Made by a program: the position numbers and the translations under genes
Assembly (NCBI GenBank): GCA_038245785.1
Contig: JBBRSB010000005.1
Span: 11,110 to 75,109, forward strand
Reading direction: 5' to 3'
DNA: 64,000 nucleotides
Source of the DNA: Gloeobacterales cyanobacterium
Lineage (GTDB): Bacteria; Cyanobacteriota; Cyanobacteriia; Gloeobacterales; PMM-0068
Shown: positions 38,308 to 47,516 of the stretch, piece after piece
Position numbering within the stretch: the first letter of the stretch is position 1
Layout of the letters: each line of letters opens with the position of its first letter
Notes under the pieces: model-generated
What the model saw: the letters and a program-made list of their open reading frames with translations, nothing else
What the model was told of the DNA's origin: nothing
Databases searched by the model: none

Positions 38308-39018
38308 ATGCATTCATCCCAAGGTTCGCAGAATCCATCGCACAGAAAGACTTTCCAACTAATTTGTGAGTGCTTGGATGAAACAAAAAAACTAAAAAAA
38401 GAGAAGGTTACTGAAAAACTTAAGGATTATGGAGGAAAACTAGCTCAATTACAACGCTTGCTAATTATTTATCCGAGAACTTCTTCTTCTGTTTTGCTTA
38501 TTGTAAATTTTGTATTTTTTGTTGCCAGTTTGTTAATTATTAACTATTTTCCAATTCCTGATGAGATTCGTTTGACCCTATTTTGTATTTTCTTCGTTCT
38601 GTACTTCGCAATACCAATATTCCTTGAATGGCACATTTCTCAATTTAATATGGAATGGGATGAGAAATGGGGACGTGTTTTAGGTAGCTATTTGGATAAA
38701 ACAAATCTTAATCCGATTCAAGCAGAACGTAGAATTAAAAGAGCAATTCGTTACTACAGTAGTAAAGGTAGACCTTTTAGTTTTATTGTCAATCTTTTGG
38801 GAAGTGGGATCTTTATAGGTTGTCTTTCTGATCCAGCTTTTCAAAAAGCTCTTATGACAATGTCATGGACAGAAATATATAAAGCTAATTTGCTGGGGGC
38901 AGTGTGTACAGTTGTTATGCCACTTATCTATTACTACTGCATCATTAAGTACGACATACCTATAGCTTGGATGGAGAATGTTGCAATGCAAATTGAGCTT
39001 GAAGGCTTAGATGATTAA
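38308..39018 (+). CDS. hypothetical membrane protein (about 4 TM), AT-rich gene
   Basis: Hydrophobic stretches VLLIVNFVFFVASLLIINYF, LTLFCIFFVLYFAIPIFL, FIVNLLGSGIFIGCL and LLGAVCTVVMPLIYYYCII. No motif recognised. Confidence 0.5.
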   Translation: MHSSQGSQNPSHRKTFQLICECLDETKKLKKEKVTEKLKDYGGKLAQLQRLLIIYPRTSSSVLLIVNFVFFVASLLIINYFPIPDEIRLTLFCIFFVLYFAIPIFLEWHISQFNMEWDEKWGRVLGSYLDKTNLNPIQAERRIKRAIRYYSSKGRPFSFIVNLLGSGIFIGCLSDPAFQKALMTMSWTEIYKANLLGAVCTVVMPLIYYYCIIKYDIPIAWMENVAMQIELEGLDD

Positions 39019-39045
39019 CTGCATAAAACTTGTACTTTCCAGCGA

Positions 39046-39246
39046 TCAAGATGCAAATAAAAGACACGCTCTAGTATCTGCCTCAACCAAACCTTCATAT
39101 TCTTCCAGAATCTCTGTCATAGTTGCGCCATAGGCGAGAAGATTCAGAATATACTCAACTGTAAGACGTGTTCCTCTAATGACTGGCTTTCCCGCCATGA
39201 CTTTGGGATTGGTGGCGATTCGGTTCAAAAGTTCTTGGTCTGTCAT
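39046..39246 (-). CDS. orphan DUF433-family protein
   Basis: NPKVMAGKPVIRGTRLTVEYILNLLAYGATMTEILEEY. No partner gene is seen downstream. Confidence 0.7.
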   Translation of the reverse strand: MTDQELLNRIATNPKVMAGKPVIRGTRLTVEYILNLLAYGATMTEILEEYEGLVEADTRACLLFAS

Positions 39247-39849
39247 GATTCTAAAATGCTGTGTTTAATCGGTTATGACTATCATAAGCAATCTTGCCAT
39301 CTAGCAGAATCTATTGGTCCGGATGCAGCTATTGCGCAGATGGGAAATATGCGCAGAATTGAACATATGGCTAGCCCAACCGAGCATATTCAGCAACAGT
39401 TGCGAAATCAGCTAAATGAAGGTTCCTATATTCTTCCTCCGCTCAAGCGTTGGGGAGATGGGTCGCCTTTCTGGGGCGTATTGATTCGGCTCTCGCGAGA
39501 TGAGGCGGAATCCTTCCGGACCCAGCCACCGCTTCACTCTCTTATTCCAGGAGAAGCGCCTGTCTTAGGACTTGCGATCGGGGGCAGCTATGCCAAAGAA
39601 AGCGAACGTTTGGCTTCTGATATTGACCACCAAGGCTATGGCGGTATCGTCCAGTTCAATGACTACACCCATGACGATACATTTCTGCGTATTGTCTTTG
39701 GAGAATTTCAGTATCCGATTTTGGTCCCCATAGACCATCTCAAAGACTTCTGGGCCGAATTAACCCTAGGTTGTTGTCGCCACTTCCTGATGGTGGCCCA
39801 TGAAAGCAATTGCTACGGATGGTGGGAATCGGACCTGCTATTAGGATAA
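39235..39849 (+). CDS. hypothetical protein (start uncertain; ATG 39340 or 39367 more plausible)
   Basis: Long ORF. The 5' end as given overlaps the divergent DUF433 gene, so an internal Met (MGNMRR or MASPTEH) is likelier. Confidence 0.45.
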   Translation: MVCHDSKMLCLIGYDYHKQSCHLAESIGPDAAIAQMGNMRRIEHMASPTEHIQQQLRNQLNEGSYILPPLKRWGDGSPFWGVLIRLSRDEAESFRTQPPLHSLIPGEAPVLGLAIGGSYAKESERLASDIDHQGYGGIVQFNDYTHDDTFLRIVFGEFQYPILVPIDHLKDFWAELTLGCCRHFLMVAHESNCYGWWESDLLLG

Positions 39850-40000
39850 GTGTTGCGAGATGTGTGCCAATGCTTAAGAGAATCTTAAGAAATTTATTTT
39901 ATCGGGGATCGCTTGAAGGCTCTCTGGATAAGAGCTTTGAGGGGATCGTCAGAAATTTCAGCTACTGAGATTATTTAAGAATATATTTTCAATCTTCTTC

Positions 40001-40297
40001 ATGAAACAAGCTCTTTTAAAAAAATGCAGGTTTTGTAAATACTACGGCCAAGATCACGGCACACAGGGCGTCTGTACGCTCATGAATGTACCCGTGCATG
40101 GTGAATGGCAAGCCTGTCGTATGGGAGTACTTGTTTTTACCTGTGAAGAAAGACTTGATGCTGCCTCTTTAGACGCTGACGCTATTTCTCCTTCCGCTCA
40201 GCCTTTTCAATATACGCATGCGCATATCCCCCAAGATGAAATGTGGCTGACCGGAAGTACTCATCATTCTCGTCACATGAAACAGGAAGCTATATAG
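40001..40297 (+). CDS. hypothetical Cys-rich small protein
   Basis: KKCRFCKYYGQDHGTQGVCTLMNVPVHGEWQACRMG is a possible metal-binding CxxC...C...C pattern. Confidence 0.4.
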   Translation: MKQALLKKCRFCKYYGQDHGTQGVCTLMNVPVHGEWQACRMGVLVFTCEERLDAASLDADAISPSAQPFQYTHAHIPQDEMWLTGSTHHSRHMKQEAI

Positions 40298-40420
40298 CTT
40301 GCTTCGGATAGGCATTTACCTCGACCATGTTCCTTTTTCTTCAACAAGAACTTTAGTCCCTTTTGAGATAGTCAAGGTCCTCACCGCCGCTCGGTCTTAA
40401 GGCAGGCGTAGAGTATCTTT

Positions 40421-41041
40421 CTACTTCCCTGCTTTGAAGATTTGCTCTGCGGTTAATTTCAAGTCAGGGAAAAGGGCTGATGCGATCGGGTCTGAATCTC
40501 TGAAATATTGAACCTGATATTCACCTTCTACTAGGGTGTATATCGAAAGGGTGGGTTGTTTAGAAAAACCGATGTAACGCTTGGCTCCCAGGGCTCGGTA
40601 GTCCACAATCCAGTACTCTGGAATCCCCATTAGCTCATAATCTGTGAGCTTGCGCCCGTAGTCATCTCGCCAGTTTGTGCTGACTACTTCGATAGCAAGC
40701 TTAACCGATAAACCAAGGGTAATCGTTGAAGACTTCTTCCACAGAGACTCTGTCTCCATTGCATTTCGGTCCAGCACTAACAGGTCAGGCTGGTAGCCAG
40801 AGACAGCATTGGGAGACTTAACCAGGTAGGTTCTAGGAATGAAAAAGGGCAAATTGAGGCGATCGATGGCTACATTCAGTTTGCGGTTGAGAAACGCAGC
40901 GACCTCCTTGTGGTCCCCCGTTGGATTCATTTCAACGACCACCCCATCGATTAATTCATAGCGTCCTCTACCATCTGGATACCACTCCAGAAATTCTTCA
41001 AAGGTTCTGAAGGTTAGGACTGCGGGTAATGCTTGAGTTAT
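40421..41041 (-). CDS. Uma2-family (DUF820) endonuclease; canonical N-terminus present in frame but headed by ATA instead of ATG
   Basis: The track ORF starts at an internal GTG (40942). The in-frame upstream sequence reads I-TQALPAVLTFRTFEEFLEWYPDGRGRYELIDG, the usual Uma2 N-terminus, and is bounded by an upstream TGA. Confidence 0.65.
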   Translation of the reverse strand: MTQALPAVLTFRTFEEFLEWYPDGRGRYELIDGVVVEMNPTGDHKEVAAFLNRKLNVAIDRLNLPFFIPRTYLVKSPNAVSGYQPDLLVLDRNAMETESLWKKSSTITLGLSVKLAIEVVSTNWRDDYGRKLTDYELMGIPEYWIVDYRALGAKRYIGFSKQPTLSIYTLVEGEYQVQYFRDSDPIASALFPDLKLTAEQIFKAGK

Positions 41042-41192
41042 TTCAGTTCTTCCTCACCTGAGGTGCTGAGACCGTTGCCTAATTGTGGTCTGTAGGTATA
41101 GCGATTCCTAAGTTCTATCCTTTCGCCGCTCGTTTCTCCGCGAGAGAATGTTGGCCAACTTTTACCTTTATCAAGAAGAAGGAAGCACTGTA

Positions 41193-41519
41193 ATGGAAGC
41201 CAAATTTTATACCTACCGAGTGTTTTGGTCTGAAGAGGATGAAGAGTTTGTTGGCTTTTGCTCCGAATTTCCTGGCATGAGCTGGCTGGATGAAAATCAC
41301 CAAAAAGCTTTCTCTGGCATTGTTGCTTTAGTCCAAGAATGCCTTAATGATTTGGAGGCTAGACATGAGCCTATTCCACCTCCCCTATCCAAAAAACAAT
41401 AAAGTGGCAGGTTCATGGTCAGAATTCCGCCTGAACAGCATCGAGAGCTGGCGCTCCAAGCGGCTGAACAAGGCATCAGTCTAAATCGTCTTGCAAGCAG
41501 TAAATTGATTGCAGATTAA
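41193..41519 (+). pseudogene. HicB-family antitoxin (N-terminal HicB fold + C-terminal RHH) interrupted by an in-frame TAA at 41400..41402
   Basis: MEAKFYTYRVFWSEEDEEFVGFCSEFPGMSWLDENHQKAF...PLSKKQ * SGRFMVRIPPEQHRELALQAAEQGISLNRLASSKLIAD. Both halves are in one frame. Confidence 0.7.
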
Positions 41520-41636
41520 GGGACAGTGCGCTCAAGTATCAAATATTTTTTGGATATTTGCTTTTGGCTGAGGGACTTAGGGATAGCAAGATACACAAAT
41601 ACCTAAAAGTATTAGCCAGGTAAGCATTGTGTAGAG

Positions 41637-42008
41637 CTACATTCCTACTGCAACTTGCTGGAAAGGCTCACCCTCATGATGCTGTGAGATCTGGATAATG
41701 ACCTTTTGATTCAGTTTATTCAGAAAGCCAAAAAGCCGACCTTCAGAAAATAAATAGTATTTCCCTTGCATCAGATTGGAGACTTCTGGCTGCTTGATAT
41801 CTAGTAGCTCGGCAATCTCACGTTGTCTGAGGCCACGCTCTTTCAGCATTTGTCGCACCGAATAGCCGAGCTGCGCCCGAGTCAATAGCTCATCTGCTTC
41901 TTCAAGACCCATATTGGCAAAAACATTGCCGCTGCTTTCAACATATTCATGGGGTGTAGATATATTCGTTATTTGGCCTCCTGTTGGCTTGACTCGCTCA
42001 CTCTTCAA
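41637..42008 (-). CDS. XRE-family helix-turn-helix protein (antitoxin-like, orphan)
   Basis: SSGNVFANMGLEEADELLTRAQL...GLRQREIAELLDIKQPEVSNLMQGKYYLFSEGRLFGFLNKL. No intact toxin gene was found upstream. Confidence 0.65.
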   Translation of the reverse strand: MKSERVKPTGGQITNISTPHEYVESSGNVFANMGLEEADELLTRAQLGYSVRQMLKERGLRQREIAELLDIKQPEVSNLMQGKYYLFSEGRLFGFLNKLNQKVIIQISQHHEGEPFQQVAVGM

Positions 42009-42169
42009 TTCTATAAGTAAACACTTATAAAAACAAGGCCAAGCGGAGAAGAGAAAAATTCGCCATTCATCGCACGGGCAGAAGTCGAATGTCTACGATT
42101 ACTGGCGACGTTGCGGCTAGACCCTGCGAGATCTCAGCTTATTTTATGTGGATACCTGGCTGCGGCTGA

Positions 42170-42288
42170 ATGTTCAGAGAGCAGGTGTTTCAGACAGCAG
42201 TTGGTACATTAGGAGAGGCTGGACGGATTATCAGCGCGCGCCGGGCAACACGCATGAAAGGAGGGCTTATGAAGAAGGGACCATCTAA
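42170..42288 (+). pseudogene. remnant of a BrnT-type (DUF497) toxin gene
   Basis: GRIISARRAT in one frame and HERRAYEEGTI-stop in the next frame. The N-terminal half is not recoverable in any single frame. Confidence 0.4.
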
Positions 42289-42560
42289 TTCGGTACCGCC
42301 GAAAATACAGGCTGAAATTGATGCTCTAGCCGCGTTGGAAGAGCCGATCCGTACTGACCTTATCCCGGAGGCAAACGGAGATTGGAGTAATGCGCGGCGT
42401 GGAGTTTTTTATCGCCCAATCAAACAGCAGATCACGCCATGCCTTAATGAATGCCGACCTTATAGATTGGTTCAAAACCCACGTCACCGAAGGGGAGGGG
42501 TATCAGACCCGCATCAACCGTACCCTGAGGGAATATATTACCCAGCGGCTAAATGGCTGA
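42269..42560 (+). pseudogene. BrnA-type antitoxin with a 1-nt frameshift
   Basis: Frame 1 reads MKKGPSNSVPPKIQAEIDALAALEEPIRTDLIPEANGDWSNARRGVFYRPIKQQIT. Frame 2 continues LMNADLIDWFKTHVTEGEGYQTRINRTLREYITQRLNG-stop. The total length is not a multiple of 3. Confidence 0.65.
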
Positions 42561-43101
42561 GGAATATTTCCTAAGTCTATACATAGTCTCCCAATCTCTT
42601 GAGATGCCTCGCAATATAGGGATCTGGGAAGAAATGCCCTCTGGCCTTTGGATTTGTCAGCCCTCCGGCGATAAATATTTTTATTTTTTGGAGGAACGCT
42701 GGCAGGTCATCGGTCAGCACCGCATTCATAGCTCCTCACCAATCAGCCAGAGGCATAGGTCATCGAATTAATCCGCAAGCATCACAAGTCTGGCAAGTCT
42801 TTCCAGCAAATCGCTATCTGGCTCAATGGTCAGGGCTACTCGCCCAAGCGTGGCGAGAGCTTGAGAATCAGCTAGTAAAGAAATTTCAGTCATAGAACCC
42901 CTTATAGCGAACTCCTCACTGAGCATCATCAAAAGTGCGCAAGACCCATCATGTGAGCCCAAGATCACCTTGTTTGCAAGCTGGTGTGATTATGATTGCA
43001 GTCTCTTACACATAGATGCGTGTTTCACTGTGGGGTCGCTATGCTCTTCAAGAAAAGCGTAAGGGTTGGGCACTATATATTCGGACCGACAGGAAAACAT
43101 C

Positions 43102-43545
43102 ATGAAAAAGATAGCAACAACTCTTATATTGCTCTATCTGTCCACGGGGGTCGCTAATTCTCAAACATTAGACGCCCCGTCTCCCCCCACTGTCAATCCG
43201 GTGCATTCTGGGGCATACCTTGCGAGGAAAGCGGAGGTTGCAACTGAAATAGTTTCTTATATTCAAGCAGGCATAGAGTTGCCTACATGCGAGATAGCTA
43301 CCCAAGCTTGGAATAAGGCAGAGACAGATAGAGCAGCCAATCAAAGCGCTACCGATTCTGATAGATTCTGGTGGGGGCCATGGGGCGTTACCCCCAGAGA
43401 TAATTCAAAGCAGATGGCTATGTTGTTTTACAGTGCCGAGGCAGCACAAAGATTGTGTGGAAATTCTTCTCTTGTAGACAATTTGGAAAAACGCTTTAAC
43501 GCTGCTGTTCCGAGTGAGGAATTGCCTTCAAATCGCAAACACTAA
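43102..43545 (+). CDS. hypothetical secreted protein
   Basis: Signal peptide MKKIATTLILLYLSTGVANSQ; AGGAAAA RBS. Confidence 0.5.
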   Translation: MKKIATTLILLYLSTGVANSQTLDAPSPPTVNPVHSGAYLARKAEVATEIVSYIQAGIELPTCEIATQAWNKAETDRAANQSATDSDRFWWGPWGVTPRDNSKQMAMLFYSAEAAQRLCGNSSLVDNLEKRFNAAVPSEELPSNRKH

Positions 43546-43804
43546 CCTATTTTCTAAGCTAGAAAAATATCAGCTTAAATTTCTTTTTTGCTTAAGGAAA
43601 AAAACAGATGGATGCTGTGAGAAATGACAGTACCACGGTGGATTCTCTCTCTAGAGTGGCTTTTTCATATTGCTTTCTCTTAGGGGAGTTGAGTTAATGG
43701 AAAATCTACATTCGGGGTAGTCTGTTTATTTTTTAGAGTGACAGATATTACTTAGACTTCACTCTTAGCCGCGACTGGCTAGTGGACAAATTCTATAGGA
43801 CATC

Positions 43805-44515
43805 ATGAAACGATTACTTGCAATTACCTCTCTAATGGCTCTTTTGACTGGCCCTGCCATGGCCGCGCCAAGCAAGCTTGAACAAGTTTTTGATCCTGAA
43901 ATGCTCTCGGTAGATCTTTCATACTTCGAGCTAGTGACTGGTCCGGCTAGAAACACTCACGGAGGCACTAAAATCTACAAAGTTGACGGCTGTGAGGTGA
44001 CAGCTACCTTAGACGGTAGCACGATTCAATCACTTAGATTGGAGTTAAGCCCCTCTTGAACGTTCGACATAAACAAGTTCTTGCATGGATACGGAAAGTT
44101 CCCCGCCCCTCATCTCATGACATTTGGGCAATTTGATGCATTAACAGGTAACGTTGGACAGTTCATGACTGCCTGCCTGAACGAATGCGGCAATATCACG
44201 GACCCGAGCGTGTATGAATATAGGTCTGGACCTCATTCAGATGGTTGGCTTGACGTAATGCTAGAGGTCAAACTAGTTGACACCCCCTCGATAGATGCAT
44301 CGTTTAAATGGGCGAAAGCGATGAAGAAGACAGAAGGAGAGGAATGGGTTCTCCAGACCAAATTTAATTGCCAACTCACGAAGTACGATACTGTCGCCCA
44401 CAACACTTTCAAGAAAGTCAGAATCACGGCAATCACAGTTGGACATAACATCAAGACTCCGGGTCATGGACTTTTAACCACATGGTCTGGTGCCGATGAT
44501 TGCGGCGGAGGTTAA
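43805..44515 (+). pseudogene. secreted Cys-containing protein, single reading frame interrupted by TGA at 44057..44059
   Basis: Signal peptide MKRLLAITSLMALLTGPAMAAP. Track ORFs 43805..44059 and 44081..44515 are in the same frame and read LELSPS * TFDINKFLHGYG. Confidence 0.55.
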
Positions 44516-44807
44516 CAGTACTAGTATTTGAAATGCTTAACTATAGAGAATTACGCTAAGGCTATAACTCTCACTGAACGGTGCTCGGCGTGGGGACATG
44601 GCAATAGAAGACCCCTGGGTTTTGAATTTTTTCCATCCTGCGATTAGGATTTGTATTTCTCGGTCGAGGGCTGGCAAATTGTCGGGTTAGTAATCTAGTT
44701 GATTGCTCAGGTCTGATAACCCTCTTGAGCGAAATTTGAAAGCACATTCTCACTAGAAGACAATCGACTAACGATGGAAATTAGTGGCGCGCGTCCGCCT
44801 GAATTGG

Positions 44808-45596
44808 TTAGGAATCATACCTATAGATTCTGTTGGCTAACATTTCAGCAAGGCTTTCCTCAGATCCATATAGTGAATATGCGTTTATGTTCATTGCGTC
44901 AAGGTCAGCAAGTGCTTCAGCCCTAATGCATGAAGGGATAATATACCTGGTTGCAATATCTTGGTGATCGTTGCTGGGCTGAAGGGCTTCTTCGTGGCTC
45001 CCGTAATGCCAAGTACTACCAATTTTCTTCCTGCAAAAGGTGTATTCCGCCTGCTGAATATAATGCCGTCTGTGCGTTCGGATGGTTGGGCCACACCCAA
45101 TTATTTGTGATTCAGATGACCACCCGCCCTTAGCGCCATCCGCGTATTCTCTGAACGAGTAAATTGCGACAGTCTTTTCTGGGCTTGGGTGCTGAAAGGC
45201 AAAGAAGGAGGCAATGTATGGAGATCTGGTCCAATCCAAAATAGGCGTTGGGAAACCGTGATGGCGTAGATAAACCATGAATTCGTAGTTCTTTGGAGGG
45301 GATGGATGATCAGCGTTGTCAAAAGCGGTGACCCATACATTATTGGTGTATGACTCAAAGGCGTGTTTTGCTACCTCTACCGTGGTTCCATATTCATCAA
45401 TAGAGGGAAGGCTGCTTCTTCCCTTTCTTTCAATAGTGGATTCAAGACGCCAGCTCGAACACTTGTGTCCGCGAAACAATAGCGGTGATATATATAATTC
45501 TCCGTTAACCTGTTTGGATTCTTGGTCTAGAAGTTGGGATATTATTTCTTTCCAAGACGCCCAACTGGATAGTTCTTGACTTTTCATTCTTAGCAC
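44808..45596 (-). CDS. FRG-domain protein
   Basis: LLFRGHKCSSWRLESTIER is the eponymous FRG motif near the N-terminus. Confidence 0.65.
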   Translation of the reverse strand: MLRMKSQELSSWASWKEIISQLLDQESKQVNGELYISPLLFRGHKCSSWRLESTIERKGRSSLPSIDEYGTTVEVAKHAFESYTNNVWVTAFDNADHPSPPKNYEFMVYLRHHGFPTPILDWTRSPYIASFFAFQHPSPEKTVAIYSFREYADGAKGGWSSESQIIGCGPTIRTHRRHYIQQAEYTFCRKKIGSTWHYGSHEEALQPSNDHQDIATRYIIPSCIRAEALADLDAMNINAYSLYGSEESLAEMLANRIYRYDS

Positions 45597-46063
45597 CTCA
45601 CTTGCTGGGATTCCTAACTATTTATTGGACTGAATCAAATCTACCTATCACACCCAATAGGGATCTTAGGTAGATTCATTTCCACCTATTTATTCCAAGC
45701 AGGTAATTGGGTAGAAAGACTCATACTCTAATTCTACCTTGCACCTCTAATAGGGATCTTAGGCTGAAACATAACCACCTATCCGATTCCACACTATACT
45801 TTCATGAAATTTTAATCAGGGCAGAGAGTTAATTTTCTACTTCACTCAAGCAGCTATGGAACCCTGCCCAAAAAACTGGTCTAACTATTAAGTGCACATA
45901 CCCAGGCATCAGAAAATTTAAGAGCGACAGCCATTTCACGTTCGCTTAATCCTTAACTTGAACTTGGAAGGCCAGAAGATAAATTTCAAACTACTGACAT
46001 AAACTGCAACTTAAGCGCTAACGTTTAATTCACCAGCGAGCTTCAGCGAGTCCGGTGGAATGG

Positions 46064-46074
46064 CTGGTTGGGCA
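46064..46074. repeat. left arm of an inverted repeat flanking the HEPN/MtlR-like gene
   Basis: ctggttgggca is the exact reverse complement of 46630..46640. The match extends to 14 of 16 positions (aatggctggttgggca versus aatcactggttgggca). Confidence 0.7.
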
Positions 46075-46076
46075 TT

Positions 46077-46610
46077 TTATTTTTCATTTATAATTTTTTG
46101 CCTAATTGGTTCCCAAATTGAAGTGATGTCGTCTCTACTTAACCCATTTTCTTCCGCATAATTATATACGATTCCGTGAAGTAACTTTATTGCTACACCA
46201 TGAAGACACCATTGTGGTTCATCGTTGGGAACAGCCTCAAGTTTATCTGAGATTGCTTGTAATCTTGAAGATACCTCTTTGTCATCACTCAGAAGAGTTA
46301 CGCCATGAGCAAGATCGTTACGTAAGTCTCTAAGCATATGAATTCCTTCGGCTGTTATGTCATTAACAATGCCGATTAATTGAGCTGTATTTATTGCTTT
46401 AAAAAAAGTATTGTAGGCTTCTTTGCCTTTTATTAGGTTCTTTATAGCTTGCTTTTTCTGACTTGTATCCTGCTCAATAAGTTCCTTTAGTAAGGCTTCA
46501 AGAGCAGCGCATAACACAATTACATTTCCCCTAGTTGATTCTGTAAATAGATTACGATCATAAAAAATACGTAGCCTAATGACTCTTTCAATGATCTTAT
46601 CTATTTCCAT
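46077..46610 (-). CDS. HEPN-superfamily protein (MtlR/DUF4145-like), AT-rich gene
   Basis: FFKAINTAQLIGIVNDITAEGIHMLRDLRNDLAHG matches the F..KI..A.LLGLI....L..LR.IRN.FAH pattern with the Rx4H HEPN motif. Confidence 0.55.
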   Translation of the reverse strand: MEIDKIIERVIRLRIFYDRNLFTESTRGNVIVLCAALEALLKELIEQDTSQKKQAIKNLIKGKEAYNTFFKAINTAQLIGIVNDITAEGIHMLRDLRNDLAHGVTLLSDDKEVSSRLQAISDKLEAVPNDEPQWCLHGVAIKLLHGIVYNYAEENGLSRDDITSIWEPIRQKIINEK

Positions 46611-46629
46611 AATTTTGCTCTAGTTTTAG

Positions 46630-46640
46630 TGCCCAACCAG
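46630..46640. repeat. right arm of the inverted repeat flanking the HEPN/MtlR-like gene
   Basis: tgcccaaccag is the reverse complement of 46064..46074. Confidence 0.7.
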
Positions 46641-46959
46641 TGATTATACAGTTTCTGGATATCTCCACGGGGAGAATATCAGCGCATTTGTAAGGATAGA
46701 CAGCAGAAACAGCCATAAATAAGTTCCCAGAGATTGACGCTAGATAAGAAGAGCTGCTCAACTGGCAAGATCAGAGTTCAGCGCGGGTAAATGCTTCCGT
46801 GAGGTTTGTTCCAGCCGACTAAGAATCATAAGCTACCTGGTGGCAGCAAGATAATGAAGACTGGGAGTTAGACTTTCTTTCATGGTCGTATGCTCCTTAA
46901 TGCATGGATAAATATGCTATAAGCTAATACTTAGCCATCTTTCGATTAGGATTAGGGGG

Positions 46960-47190
46960 TTAGTTTATGTCATGGTTGTTTAGAGTCTCTTCCAAATGAT
47001 CAACTTTGCTTTCCAGGTCAGAAACTTTTTCTTCAGTTTTTTCCTCTCGAATGTCTGTATTGTTTTCTAGCTGCCCAAGGCGGGTTTCCATTTCATCTAC
47101 GCTGGATTGCATATTCTGGAAACTTGAAATAGCAAAAGTAGCTGTCGATAGCAATAACAAAACTAGCGCTATACCGATTACTCGATTCAT
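46960..47190 (-). CDS. small single-pass membrane coiled-coil protein
   Basis: MNRVIGIALVLLLLSTATFAISSF, then an acidic heptad-like tail. Confidence 0.35.
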   Translation of the reverse strand: MNRVIGIALVLLLLSTATFAISSFQNMQSSVDEMETRLGQLENNTDIREEKTEEKVSDLESKVDHLEETLNNHDIN

Positions 47191-47516
47191 GATTTTCTCA
47201 TATTTATGTATGTGGACTGTTGTAAGTTGCACGGCATATAGCCATTCAGCATTACGCGGACCTCTCTTTGAATATGCCCCTTAATCGGGGCCGATCCATC
47301 GCCCAAAGCTTCTCCCCTGATAGAGAAGTTGGGGGGGGTGCATATCCCTCGAAAAGGTATATTTCGGGGTCTAAGCAGCGAAGAATTAGGCGTTAAGAAG
47401 CCCTGATATAAAGGCTTCTGCCGATCCTTTGGACTCATAGTTTCCGTAACTCTCTTTGACCTTCCCTCGAAAAAGTGGACATTCCCGAAGAGTCGTTAAC
47501 CGAGGAGAATGTTCAG

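Noticed and set aside
41115-41303. ORF 41115..41303 (-) as the HicA partner of the HicB-like gene
   Set aside because: It lies antisense to the HicB-like coding sequence. Its translation (KANKLFILFRPKHSVGIKFGFHY...) shows none of the HicA/YcfA dsRBD-like motifs.
42553-42968. ORFs 42553..42771 (+) and 42768..42968 (-) as genes
   Set aside because: They have no recognisable motifs or convincing RBS and lie in a region of decayed TA genes, so they are left unannotated.
44057-44059. TGA as selenocysteine
   Set aside because: No obvious SECIS-like hairpin follows immediately downstream, and I saw no selenoprotein machinery in the window. Cyanobacteria rarely use Sec. A nonsense mutation or sequencing error is more parsimonious.
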